Positions 1 to 12,046 of a stretch of 64,000 nt of DNA are shown in pieces; the stretch's first letter is position 1; every line of letters begins with the position of its first letter. The notes beneath the pieces are model-generated. The model made no database searches, was not told the origin of the DNA, and saw only the letters and a program-made list of their open reading frames with translations. Both the position numbers and the translations under genes were made by a program. Origin of the DNA: Camelus dromedarius (lineage: Eukaryota); the NCBI RefSeq assembly GCF_036321535.1, contig NC_087447.1, positions 33,668,001 through 33,732,000 on the forward strand, given 5' to 3'.

Positions 1-420
1 AAAACAATTCCATTCTCCTAAAGTGTTCCCTTGGGTCTGTTTGCGGTCAGTTCTCATGCCCACCCCCAGCCCTAGGCAACCACTGATCTGTTTACTGTCT
101 CTATAGATTTGTCTTTTCTAGAATTTCACATCAATAGACTCATACAATATATAGTCTTCTGACTTAGCATCGTATTTCTTGAGGTTCACCCACACTATGC
201 CATAAATTATTAGTTTATTTCTTTTTATTGCTGGACAGTATTCCATCACATTACCACACTTAAAATCCATCACCGGTTGATGGACATTTGGATTGTTTCC
301 ATGTTTCCGTTACTACAAATAATGCTACTGTGAATATTCCTTACATCTCTTTGCATGGACATATGTTTTGCATTTTTCCTGGGCATAAACTTAGGAGAGG
401 ACTTTGCTAGGTTATTTTAT
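1..420 (-). mobile_element. old L1 (L1M-type) 3'-end fragment
   Basis: Typical antisense L1 3'UTR text (ggcaaccactgatctg, gatggacatttggattgtttcc, aataatgctactgtgaatattc). Confidence 0.85.
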
Positions 421-619
421 TCTTATTAATTTTTAATTAAGAGTTGTTGAAATTCTTTTGGAACTCATTTTGGAAAATCGACACTGCTCATGGTATCTGA
501 GTCACAGGTACAATACTCCCGTATCTATGAGCATTTGGCGATTTGACAGTCATATACATCAAGTCCTATATATGATTTTGTGTATAGGTACAGGCTTCTG
601 ACTTCTTCATTATGTCTCC

Positions 620-874
620 AGCTGGGCTCTACCCAGACATTTCTATATTCAATTAGAATATAGAATATATTCCATATTCAACTCAATATAGATAACTTTA
701 TATATTACCTTTAATGAAATTAATTTCTTCACTATAATAAGGATATAATAATTTCTAGAAATCGCATATACAGGTGACATATTATTTATAAGTTTCATTT
801 CAGGAGAGTAAAGAGGGTATCAAAATTTTTTTTTTTTATAGAAAGAGGGTCTCAGGACAGATTGGGAAGGACTG
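620..874. mobile_element. hAT-Charlie-like DNA transposon fragment
   Basis: AT-rich body ending in a degenerate ...gggaaggactg terminus. Family not certain. Confidence 0.35.
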
Positions 875-2179
875 GTGATTTTAAGGGCGCTGATACCTGT
901 GAGTTTTAAATTCTGTGCTCAGAGAGGCTTAATTAGAAGGGCAACTGGTAATCCAGATTTGAACCAAAGAGCAAATCTAAGCAGTTGTCTTGCACCAGTT
1001 GCTCTGATCATCAGATTGTGGCCTAGATTCAGATTCAGGCCAGAATCTGAGAGACTGAGAGGGATGAACAAACCCCAGAGAACCATCATGAAAATTACCA
1101 GAAGACCTTCAGATTCTATCACTCAGCCGGAGTTTCAGAGTGAATCACAGACTCAGGCTGACCCCGCCGGCCCCGCCCTGAGAAACCCACAACCACATCT
1201 AGCCCCACTCTACAAATGCACAAAGGGAGGTCTGGATAAGGGGTTGGGGAGTGGGGAGACAGACCACCCATATGGCCAGCTCAGGTCGGGAGCCTGGGAG
1301 CCAGATAATGAGAGGCCCCTTCAATTAGACATTATTCAGTCATTTAGAGCAGGGTCCGAGCCATGCAGGGAAAGGCTGAGATGGAGAACACAGAGGAGAG
1401 TAAGACCAGAGAACATGTCCAAGCCGCTCTGGCCCAGACTTGCCTCCCGTCCAATTAACCTGACCAACCTTCCCAGCTCAGAAGGCAGCACTTACCTGTT
1501 GTTACTCCAGCAATGGCGTTTGGAAGGTCTCACCACCTGGGCCCACTTAAGTGGTTTATCGAAGTACACCTGTGTTACTTTACCTCCATGGAGTTCTGGA
1601 ACACAAAACGATCTCTATCCCTGTACGTTTATCGCTGCGTTTTGGCCCTCCTTGCAGGGACTGGAGACAGTAGATTTGTCCTTTGACCTGGCTCTGCGGT
1701 CGGTCAGGCTCTTCCCACTGTCCTGGCTACCTCGCCAGTTAAAGAAGAGAGGGACATCCGTGAGAGCAGTAAATCCGACCCTGGGGAATAAAGGCCATGC
1801 AGGAAGGTAGCCCAAGCGTGACCCTGGGACCCTGTCTCCACCGCTCGTAAGTCTGGTAGACAAAAAAATCCCAAGGTTGGGCTCAGCAACCCCACTCCCA
1901 ACCCCGCCCGGGGGCCCTCACGGAGGGGTGGGGACCCTGTGTGCTGGGCTGAGATTTTGACACCCCTGGTAAGGTTATCATTCATCTCTGGTTTTGGGGT
2001 TTTGGAAATTAAACACAGACCTTGTCAGTTCGCTCACACAAGTGCTAGCTGTCTGCGAAGGAAGCACGGATCTGAAGGAGACCTGACGGCTGGCGGGCGC
2101 TCCCAGCACGCGGTTGCGGCTGCGCAGAAACGCAACAGGAAGCTGGGCTGGACTGCAGCCTCCCCTCACCTGTAGGGCC

Positions 2180-2480
2180 GCCCACGTGCTGGAAGTCCAG
2201 GTGCCCGTATGGAGCCTGGCAGTTTCTGCACATGTCTGGGTACCAACCTCCCATTTATCCATGGCAGGGTCCAAAGCTGCACTGAGAGGTTTCTCAGTTA
2301 TAAGCTGACATTTAGATCTTTCTCTGCAGCCTCTGTTGGGTCTGGGGGTTGGCCTGGGCCCCGCCTGACAGTAGCATAAAAGCTGGGCCTCCAGCGTGGG
2401 CTGAAGAGGAGGCTGCGGAGAGGCCAGCACCTGCAGCCCAGGCTGTGACGTCAGGGCTGCCCGTGGCAAAGGCGGGGCAA
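2180..2480 (-). promoter_or_regulatory. CpG-enriched promoter/enhancer-like region with CRE, GC box and E-box
   Basis: Full palindromic TGACGTCA at 2446-2453, GGCGGGG at 2471-2477, CACGTG at 2183-2188. GC and CpG content are visibly above the flanks. No repeat recognised. Confidence 0.45.
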
Positions 2481-3039
2481 CACAATTCACATCTCCTACC
2501 GCTCCAGCATTCCCAGAATCATTTTCCTGTGTTTCTGATGGAGGAATCACTGGCTGTGGAACAATTACTATGTTGCAAACAAAGCATTATGGCTGGAGGC
2601 GAGAGGAAAAAATAGCAGACACTTTTAAATCTGCTTTCCTTAGGGCTTCTGTAGCAAACTTCCCAGGTGCAGAGCAACTTGAAGCTCTTAGAGCCCTCCG
2701 GGCAGCTGCTGGATTACAGATAACTTGCAAAGGAAAAGGAAGAAAGAACAGTCAGCCTACTTTAGATAAGAGGCACACAACTAGCCCCAGGAAGTGGGGA
2801 ACGGGTGCACTTGCAAGCCAACAGCGGCGGTGTCTGCCTGAGCATCAAGAAAGCTGAATTCAAGGCTTTAAAAAAAAATGAAACTATCATACCCCCTGCT
2901 TTTAAGAACTAGAGCAAGAAGGGATAAGGTTATTTTTAACTCAGTTACTTGCTCACTGCTGATGACGCAGGCACTTTTGTTGCACCCAGGTGGTTGTATA
3001 GAGAAAGCTGTGCAGGCTGGAAAGAGTTTAGGACACAGG

Positions 3040-3215
3040 TGAAGTGGTCTGCATTTTCATCTGACCCTCTCAATTTCCTATCTTTGTGACCTTCCTGTCC
3101 TCAGTTTCTCATCTCAAGCTTAATAGGGCTGTTGCGAGGATTAAATGAGATCCATGGGAAATGCTTATAACAGGACCAGGCATATGACAAGCATCCCATT
3201 AAGCATTAGCAGTTA
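3040..3215 (+). mobile_element. MIR SINE
   Basis: MIR core: cctcagtttctc...gttgcgaggattaaatgagat. Confidence 0.75.
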
Positions 3216-3454
3216 TTAAGCATTTAACCACCAGTTTGAATATGCAGCAGCTAATTTGTGAATGAGCTAATGTTTATGATCGAGCAGTGGGATTGTGTCA
3301 CAGTGCACGGGCTAAGTCGCCCATCCCTTCAGTGGGCACTCATGTGGACAGGGTCATCCTTTTCCTGTAGGGCCTAGCTCCATTCCAAGATGGACTTCTC
3401 TTCCATAAAATGTTAAACTGGGCAAGATCCAAACAAATCCTTTTGTCCAGACCA

Positions 3455-4565
3455 TTTAGTTTTTCAAGTATACAACTCAGTGGTTTTTAGTATATTTTCA
3501 GAGTTGATCAATCATCACCGTAATCTAATTTTGAATCATATTCATCACCCCAACCCACAAAAATGGTACCCAAGAGTGGTCATTTCCCATTTCCTCCCTG
3601 CCGTCCCCCAGCCTTAGGCAACTACTACTCTCTATAGATTTGCCCATTCATCATTAGTCAATGGGCATTTGATTGTTTCCACTTTTTTGGCTATTATGAA
3701 TAATGCTGCTGTGAATATTCATGTTGCCAAACATAGCCTCCATATCCTGCTTATCTAATTGAGACCCGAGGACAGAGTTTTGAATGGAGTAGAAAAGACA
3801 GCTGTATTTCTTTGCCAGGCAAAGGAGGTCACAGTGGGATAATGCCTCCAAGACTGTGAGCCTGCTAGGGAGAGAAGGAAGGGGGTTTTATAGCAAAAGT
3901 TCAAGCAGTCAAGGGGCAGAGCTCGTTTCCAGAGAGATCGAATACAGGATAACAAATTGTTGCAAAGTTGTTCTTATTTTTGCAGACCCAGTGGTTGCCT
4001 TGCCTTTGCTGGGTATGACGTTCACCTCTGGCTTTGGGACTCTTAATGTTCTTGTACATAGAACAAAGGATGCATAGGAAGGAGCTCCATGGAAAAGCTC
4101 TAGAGAAAAACGTATGCAGTTTAAAGTCAGGTTGATAAATGCTTTTACTCTTTTAAGCAGGCTGAGGCCTGCAGCTCAAACAACAGATCTAAGAAAACCA
4201 CAAGAGGTCAAAAACAACTGCAGATATGCACGGTTGGGGGGAGTTATGAACAACAAGATGTATAAAACACCCAACTGCTGTTCCTGGGGTGTTGGGGTCA
4301 AGAGCAGGGCACTGGGGTCATGAGGAGGGCACTGAGCATCATATGATCCCTGCACACAGCACTACGAGGGCGCTGGGCGGACGACCCAAGCCTTTCTCCT
4401 CTCCAGCCCAACCCTCAGCAAGAGCATGAGAAAAACCCGTTAAACCACTATACAGTTAAGCAGTTACAAACACCATTGCAGATATCAGGTGGTCACCAAT
4501 GATGACAGTAGGGTCCTGCTTGGTTACAATTATGTACAAGTTTCTGTGTAAACGTTTTCATTTCT
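3455..4565 (-). mobile_element. old L1 3'-end fragment split by an LTR
   Basis: Antisense L1 3'UTR text at 3455-3721 (...gctgtgaatattca) resumes at 4529 (tgtacaagttt...) after the LTR. Confidence 0.8.
3722..4528 (-). mobile_element. ERV1-class solo LTR (807 bp)
   Basis: Minus strand begins TGTAACC and ends GGCAACA (TG...CA termini). TATAAAA at 3892-3886; the poly(A)-signal position reads AATACA at 3808-3803. Interrupts an L1 cleanly with a degenerate TSD (attca/atta). Confidence 0.85.
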
Positions 4566-4854
4566 GAAGGTTTCATTCATGAAGGTTTTCGCTTCAACTA
4601 TTTCATTGAAACCAACAAGGAAACTAAGACCCAGTGAAGGTAGGATTTGCTCCAAATTACACTGCTAATAAGTGTCAGAAAAATTTTTTTCTTTTAAAAC
4701 AGTTTAATTTTGTACAACCTGAAATCAATATAACTTGAAGACCAAAGAGGGTCTCTAGTCATGTTAAAAAATCAGAGTCTGAAACCCAATTTATATTTGT
4801 CCTGAAATGGAATCAAACTTTAATTTGAGGTGAATAAAGATAAGAACAAATCCC

Positions 4855-5055
4855 ATTTCTTGAGCAATTAGTCTGGGTCAGGCACTGCATAACATGCTTT
4901 CTCTAATTCTCAAAGCCACATCGTAAATAGGTGCTATTATTATCCTTCTTTTAAAGATGAGGAAATTGATGCTCAGCAAGTTTTTTAAGTAACATGTCCA
5001 AAATCACACAGTTAATAAGAGGCAGATCTGGGTTTTAAACCCAGGGCTCTCACTC
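4855..5055 (-). mobile_element. MIR SINE
   Basis: ttttaaagatgaggaaattgatgctcag...gtccaaaatcacacagttaataagaggcaga. Confidence 0.75.
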
Positions 5056-5999
5056 TTCTTGTAGAATGTCCTATTAAAAAAACTAACAATTATGGCTAAA
5101 ACCCTAATAAGGGGCTTCTAAGAACCCACTGATGACTTGAACTGGACCCCAACTGTCATGCCCACTCCTTGTCACATGTGTTGGTAATTTCTCTTGGTGG
5201 GGTTGTGTTGATTTGTGGTGGTAAGAACCCAGACACCACAAGCATCTGGGATGCAATGAAGTCCTGATTCTCTTCCCTTAAATCCAATTTTCCACTTGGT
5301 TTGGCTAGGGCAGGAGGATGTCAAATTCCGTGGCAGAGGTCAGTCCTATAAAGAGTTTGTCTCTATCTACATAATTCATTAGAATGTTTCGCGAGGGGAA
5401 AATCCATCTTCACTGACATTAGCCTTGGGATGCAGAGAAGAGATCCCATGCTTAGATTTCAGTGTTAGCCACACACACAGGTTTAGATCTGCAGTTTCAA
5501 TCAGGCATATTTATTTACATGTGGAAATTCCCGGTGGGGAAGCTGAAGAACACAACTTAGGAGTGGTCCCCAAGTGGGAAATTGAACAGTACACTGAGCT
5601 CCTTTTATTTCCATTTAATTTACCATCGGTATCATTACCATGATTTTGTTAATCATTTCACTAGCAATGATGTAACTTGGGACGGAGGTAATTGCAGCCA
5701 AATGGGGAGGATGCGTATCTGCAGTATTGAGTTAGCAAAGGCGTTCATTCACCTTTTTAGGGGTGGGTATTAGTTCTTTCCTTTATTCATGGAGCAGAGA
5801 GCTGCCTTGAAATGCTGAAGATACTAAGAGCTCCCTGCAGCTTATTGAACTCTATACTTGGTTGAAGAGAGGTTCCTGTAATTTTCAGCTCAGTGCTGCC
5901 TAAAAGTGTATCACGCTGCACAGGGAAGTGGCTACCTGAGACTCTCAGAAGTCCTTATGAAACAGGCCATGCCTGCCCCATGCTGAGAGCAATATGGAG

Positions 6000-6215
6000 T
6001 AAATCATCATGATTTTGCAATCAGAGACCTGATTCTACTATTTGATAGCTGTGTGGCTTTGGGCAAGTTACTTATGCTCTCTGAGTCTCTATTTTCTTAT
6101 TTATTCAAAAGAAGGTAATACTATTTATCTCATAGATTGTTAGGTAGGAAATGAGGGAAGATGGATATAAGACTCAGGGCATTCCTTGGCCCATAATAAG
6201 GGTTGATTAAATGCT
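6000..6215 (+). mobile_element. MIR SINE
   Basis: agctgtgtggctttgggcaagttacttatgctctctgagtctc. Confidence 0.75.
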
Positions 6216-6959
6216 CCTTCTGTCCTGAAAACCTGCTGGTGCAGAGGACTTTTCTGCTGAGTCTCAGGATTTTTTGGGAGCCAAGGGCAAGAAAAGTTTT
6301 GAGGAATGACTAAAGGGAATTATCTTTGGGCCAGTAAGGATAAAGAGGGAGGGGCTATACACGTGTTTGTGAGGGGACTCGGTCTCCAGACTCCAGGGAT
6401 CGTCTATGTTTGAGAGCTGGAGTCCTCGTGTGAGCCAGCCCTGGCTCCCTCTGCCCTTCACCCTGGGCCTCTCCCCTCACCGCTGCCTCATTACCCTCAC
6501 TGCTTCCTCTATTTCCTCTGATGTGCTAGACATCCCTCCTCAAGTTCTTTCTACAGCTGCTCCTTCTGGCTGGTCTTCTCCCCTCCCCTCCCCTCCTTCA
6601 CTTGGCTGAAGCCTCCTCATCCCCTTGGTCTTGACTTCTGTCATTTTCTTTGTCACATCCTCACTGGACAAGCCCCTGACAGGCTCTCACAGATCACCCT
6701 GTGCTTCTCTTCCCAGCAGAGATTGGTTTACAGCTAAAAGGGCTTCTGTTTGTGTGGAATATTTCAATTTAAAGTATCACCAAACAGTTCCTTGAAACCT
6801 GGGTCTGGGAGTATTTGGCTTATACCATCTCCCTTAGAGGTGTCACTTATTGAATGACTAAGTTCAACACTGGGGACGATGAAGAGGGGTCTTTGATGTT
6901 GATTGCTGAACTCTCACAGTCTTGGCTTAAGACTTTCAAGTTAAGGCAGGAAGACAAAA

Positions 6960-7192
6960 GTATTAACAGTAATGGACACGGTGTGCTTTCTCTCTGCCAG
7001 GAGGTTTTCTAAGTACTTCTGTGCACTACCGTATTCAGTCTTCACAACCACCTCATTATTACTGTCATTCCCATTGTAAAGATGAGGAAACTGAGGCATA
7101 AAGATCTTTCTCAGGTAATTAGTGGCAGAGCCATGACTTGGACCTCCACAGTCTGGCTCCAGAATGCGTGATCTTCACCACTACATTATACT
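6960..7192 (-). mobile_element. MIR SINE
   Basis: cccattgtaaagatgaggaaactgaggca core. Confidence 0.8.
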
Positions 7193-7539
7193 GCTCCACA
7201 CACATTTCTTCTGCCTTAGAATACTCTCTCCATCTCCAGTTCTCCCCTTCTGACCACAGTCACACATGTTTTGGGCCTCAGATTCTGGGTGAAATAGTAC
7301 TTGCTCAGGGGGACCTTCTCAAGCCCTGGTTGTCAACACTCATAGCATCCTGAATTGTATATCCACAAGTCCTGACTGGTTATTTCTTTCCCAGTGGCAG
7401 GGCACATCTGATTTCTCTCTGGACTTTCTGTAGCAACTATCACGAGTCTCAGCACATAGTAGATGCTCAAATACTGGTGGTCAAAATGGAATGCTCCAGT
7501 GTCCTCAGAAGCCAGCTGTTAATAATACCCGTGTTTGGT

Positions 7540-7820
7540 GATACATCATTGCACATAAAATAGGTATAAATTTGACCCAGCTATTGCACACTAGGGGATT
7601 TACCCCAAGGAGCTAATCAGGCAAGTACAAAATAACGTGGGTGTCAGGATTGCTGACAATGGCAAAAAATGAAGGACATGCTCAGAAGGTGATCAATGAG
7701 GGACAAGTTAAATAAACTTTATGTTTATCCCGTCCAGCCACTGAAAAGGATAATATACAGATTTACAAGTGATGATGTAGAACCTTCTCCTTACTATATT
7801 GGTGAATGTTAAAAAAAAAA
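7540..7820 (+). mobile_element. old L1 (L1ME-like) 3' fragment
   Basis: tttgacccagctattgcacactaggggatttaccccaagga, ending in an A-tract. Confidence 0.65.
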
Positions 7821-7829
7821 AGAGCAGAA

Positions 7830-8045
7830 GATTAATAACTCACTATGCTGAGAGCTTACTGTCAGGCATGATGCTAAAAACCCTTTTACAAACATCAGCT
7901 CATTCAATCCTCACAACAGTCCTATGGAATAGGTTTGTTCTGTTATGATCCCTGATTTATAAAGAAGTAAACTGAAGAGTAAGTGGTGAAGCCAGATTTC
8001 AGCCCATGGTTATCTTCAGAGCCTGCAATCTATATTTTACCGTCT
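7830..8045 (-). mobile_element. MIR SINE
   Basis: ctcattcaatcctcacaacagtcctatg...agaagtaaactgaag. Confidence 0.75.
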
Positions 8046-8077
8046 CTGTGATCCTATGATGTAATACTGCATAAACA

Positions 8078-8537
8078 TTATGACAGAGGCTGCCTGATAC
8101 CCCTGGACATCCATCCATTTCTCCCTTCTTTCCTGGCTATAGGATTTCTTGCTGGGCACATGACTGCCAGAATAAGGACTACATTTCCCAGCGTCCCCTG
8201 CAGCTGGGTATTGCCATGTAACTTAGTTCTGGCCAATGGGATATAAGCAGAAATATTATGTACTCCTTTGGCATTTCTCTCAAGCTCTCTTTCTCTCTTT
8301 TGTTCCTTCCTTCTTCTGCTTTCTGGGTTGCAAATGCTGTCCTTTGGACCATGAGGTGGAGGCCACAGACAATACAGTGATGAGATAGAACAAGCCTGGA
8401 TAACTGACACCATGGAGAACCTTGCCAGTCCTGAACCCCCACCCAGACTTCCACGGGAGAAAGAAATGAGCTGCTGTCACCTTTACATCCTCGTCATTCT
8501 GGTTGTCTGTTATTTGTAGCCAAACATAAGCTAACAC
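8078..8537 (+). mobile_element. MaLR LTR (MLT1 family)
   Basis: actacatttcccagc...gttctggccaatgggatataagcagaa...ctgttatttgtagccaaac, characteristic of MLT1. Confidence 0.8.
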
Positions 8538-8850
8538 ATGCACGTGGGTGTGCACATGCATAGAACAGTTCTTGCAAGCATGTTCATCATCATGTTCACA
8601 GCGGTTGCCTTAGGATGGTGGAATTTGTAATGATTCTTACATTATCTTCATAATTCTCTGGGTACATGGGCCACTTCTTACAAAAGCAATACCTCAAGAT
8701 AAAAATATAGCATTAATACCCTCTACCTCCTACCCTCCAGTTTCAGTTCAGTGACTGAATTCTCACCTGCCCTCAGCCCATCCGCAGTGCTATGACCCAG
8801 GATGACAGCTCACTGTGACTCTGGATGACAGCTCTCCGGGGTGTACTTCT

Positions 8851-9428
8851 TATTTATTTATTTATATTTTCATTTATTTTTAAACAATTTTTTATTGAGT
8901 TATAGTCATTTTACAATGTTGTGTCAAATTCCAGTGTAGAGCACAATTTTTCAGTTATACATGCACATATATTCATTGTCATTTTTTTTTTTTTTTGCTG
9001 TGAGCTACCACAAGATCTTGTATATATTTCCTTGTGCTATGCAGTATAATCTTGTTTATCTATTCTACATTTTGAAATCCCAGTCTGTCCCTTCCCACTC
9101 CCCTTCCCCTTGGCAACCACAAGTTTGTATTCTATGTCTATGAGTCTGTTTCTGTTTTGTATTTATTTATTTATTTATTTTTAGATTCCACATATGAGCA
9201 ATCTCATATGGTATTTTTCTTTCTCTTTTTGGGCTTACTTCACTTAGAATGACATTCTCCAGGAACATTCATGTTGCTGCAAATGGTGTTACATTGTCAT
9301 TTTTTATGACTGAATAGTATTCTGTTGTATAAATACACCACATCTTCTTTATCCAGTCATCTGTTGATGGACATTTAGGCTGCTTCCATGTCTTGGCTAT
9401 TGTAAACAGTGCTGCTATGAACACTGGG
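8851..9428 (-). mobile_element. relatively young 5'-truncated L1 (camelid-type 3' end) with TSD
   Basis: T-rich tail at the left end. Flanked by a 15-bp TSD ccggggtgtacttct (8836-8850) / caggggtgcacttct (9429-9443). Near-identical 3' end to the copy at 19425-19580. Confidence 0.9.
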
Positions 9429-9609
9429 CAGGGGTGCACTTCTGACTTGCCTGCGTTGAGGCTCAATCTTTCATCTACTGTACACCACCATGTTAGGTGT
9501 GGGTTAGAAGGATTAGCTCCATGCTCTCCTCCTCTCCAGGAGGGAAATAAAACCAGAAAATCAAACTACTTAATGCCTCCAGAGAGAAAACAGGTGGAAA
9601 TACACCTGC

Positions 9610-9945
9610 AGTTCATATATTTATTCAATAAATATCGATGGTGGGCCTATCTATTCCTAGCTCTGCTCTAGGTATGAGGCTACAGTAGTAAACAAGGAGT
9701 CTTTGCTCTCATGAAACACAGCCTAGAGAAAGGGACAAACACCACCAGCAGGATTTAAAGGCCTCTGGGTTACCCTACCTTGCCGAGCTGGTCAGTTCCA
9801 CTTCCCAGAAGATCTAAATGTCTCACTGCCTCATTCATTCACTTGACAAACATTTTCTGCGTGCCCAGAAGCACCAGGCTGTAAACCGGGAATTTAAAGG
9901 CCAGCGGGATAATCTGTTCTCAAGATTCAGCCAGTCTGATGGGAG
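9610..9945 (-). mobile_element. L2 3'-end fragments (two)
   Basis: ttattcaataaatat... and cattcattcacttgacaaacattt... L2 tails. Confidence 0.6.
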
Positions 9946-10454
9946 TGGCAGCACTGTAAACGGCTGCAGAGTCAGGACTCAGACCTCCCACAAGCCTCTG
10001 TCCTAAGATCAAACAGAGCGCCCAACCCTGCCTGCATGAGGGGTGCTCAGGAGGCTTTGGGGCCACAAGCGCTGAGCTAAGTCCCGAGGACGAATGGAAA
10101 CTGCCCGGCTATGTCTCAGGCCCAGTGGAAATGATTCTTTCTGAAGTGCAGGCATCAGCAGCAGTGAAATCCCTGGGGGCCCATAATCTCTCAGGTACAC
10201 CAGAGGTCTCAGCTAAAGTTGAAAAATGGGATTCAGTTGTCCACAGGATAAACGGATGAGTTGGGTTTCCTAATCCTGAAACGCGGCTGGACCTGAGGGG
10301 GATGGAGGGGGCTGGGGAAAAGAGGGGGTGTCTGATCAGCTCTTGGTCCCCAGCCTGGTCCCACAGCTGGAAGAGTTGTCTTCATGAGGGGCTGTGTGAG
10401 TCCTGGGTACACGAGCATCCTGCTGAAGGGACAAGCAGTGACCCTGTTGGTGGG

Positions 10455-10930
10455 AGGAGGAGGGCAGTTTGGCACTATCTGTTAAAATGTAAAACCTCCA
10501 ATACCAGGACTCAGTGGTTCTCTTTCTCAATACGTTCCTTAGAGATGCACCCACACCTGCCTATGAGAAGACATGTAAAGAATGTCGACTCTTTGTCATC
10601 TGTTGATTATTTGTCATCACTAAAAAAAACAAGCCAAACAACAAAATGGAAGGAGAGGAAGCCACTTAAATGCCAGTCTACAAATAAACCTCATCTGTTC
10701 TCTGTGATGCAGGAATATGCAAAAATTAAGAAGAGTGTGGTGGAGATATGTACTGACATGGAAAAATCCGTAACACATACCCACGAGTGAAAAAGGGGCA
10801 AGCTGTGGACCTGTACAGAGCATGATACCATCAGAGGAAAGAGTAATCAATCGTTCCCATAGAAACTGTATAGCAGAGAGCCTGGAAACATAAACGCCAA
10901 AGTGACAACATACATTAGTTCCAGGAAAGG
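10455..10930 (+). mobile_element. very old L1 3' fragment
   Basis: ggagggcagtttggcactatctgttaaaatgtaaaa, plus downstream L1ME-like text. Confidence 0.55.
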
Positions 10931-11552
10931 GAGAGAAGAATTGATGTTGGGGAGCCTTATCTTCACTGCTTTGATTTGTTTAGAAGGGCGACCTAGTCAA
11001 CACGGTCACAAAGTCACACATTAACTCGTGTAATCTTAAAGATAGTTTCTTTTTCAAGTATTAAAATATAGTAGAAGTTGGTGGCGGGTAGACTCCCCTT
11101 TTCCAAACCTCCAAGGAGCAGAATTCCTATGCCACAGATCACAGCACCATCCCAAACCAGTCCACTCCCCCAGCACGTCCCACGCCTGGCTCTGCACTGA
11201 AACAGCCCTCTGCCTCCCCGACGGTCTCAGAGGCCAGGCACCTAGCTTCTCCCTTCAAAGATTCCATGAGAGCTGTTTAATGGCACTTTGACATTTGTTC
11301 ACCCCGAGCTAGCTGCAAGGCGATTCTATGATTACAGTGGTGGTTTTTCTTGGTTTTGTTTAAAAAAATTTTTTTTCGATAAAGAGAAAAGTTGAACATG
11401 TAATGTAAACATTCAACCTGGTGTCAAAACATTTCCACCCAAAGACTTTGGAAATTGATTTTTGCAGTGAGCAGCTGGGAAACAAGAGTTAGAAGTTCCT
11501 CGTGTTTCATTCTATTCGTTGGCAAGAGGTGGTGCGGGTGTCCATTTAGAGC

Positions 11553-11737
11553 AGCAGTTCTCCAAGTATGGTCCTCAGACCAGCAGCTTCTCCATCACCT
11601 GGGAACCAGTTAGATCTGCTCGTGCTCAGGCCCCACTCAGACCCACAAAATCAGAAACTGTGAGGGCAAGGCCTAACCATTGGAAGGTTAACAAGCCCAC
11701 CATGTGACTCATGTGCACACTCAAGTGTGAGTACCTG
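11553..11737. mobile_element. MER5A-like hAT-Charlie MITE
   Basis: cagcagttctccaagtatggtcc...catcacctgggaa...aatcagaaactgtg...ttaacaagccc...cacactcaagtgtgag. Confidence 0.85.
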
Positions 11738-11951
11738 ATTTTCTTGGAGAAATAGGAATTGCCTCTGGGAAAGCTGTACATCTACAAAGTGCCAGCCTGC
11801 ACAAAATTCTGTTGACGTTTCTACCCTCCTTCAGATCTCAGCTGAATCATCACTTTCTCAGGAAACATGTGCTAGTTCTATGCTTCCATAAACCTCGGAA
11901 CACAGGCATATTTTACATTTATTTATGTGCTCATTTGATTAATACTTGTCA

Positions 11952-12046
11952 GGGGACAAGATATAGCTCAGTGGTAGAGAGCATGCCTAGCATGCAAGAG
12001 GTCCTGGGTTCAATCCCCACTACCTCCATGAAAGTAAATAAAGTGC
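11952..12046 (+). mobile_element. camelid tRNA-derived SINE (vic-1-like), inserted in an L2 tail
   Basis: A box tagctcagtggt, B box gggttcaatccc, A-rich tail. TSD ttaatacttgtc (11939-11950) / ttaatatttgtc (12047-12058). The flanking L2 ends in (tgaa)n at ~12130-12149. Confidence 0.9.

Noticed and set aside
875..1810. 311-aa plus-strand ORF, the longest in the track
   Set aside because: Starts at GTG, begins in MIR-like sequence and shows no recognisable domain. The stronger splice signals in this region lie on the opposite strand. Likely a chance ORF in GC-rich DNA.
1978..2550. 190-aa minus-strand ORF
   Set aside because: No recognisable homology and a GC-driven composition. Only the part from ATG 2262 to the donor at 2170 was kept, as a hypothesis.
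10302..10790. 162-aa ORF
   Set aside because: Overlaps a decayed L1 3' region, with no domain or splice support.
11952..12030. tRNA-Ala-like gene (also 27930-28009 and 42244-42325)
   Set aside because: A and B boxes are present, but the acceptor stem is degenerate and there are A-tails and TSDs. These are SINEs, not tRNA genes.
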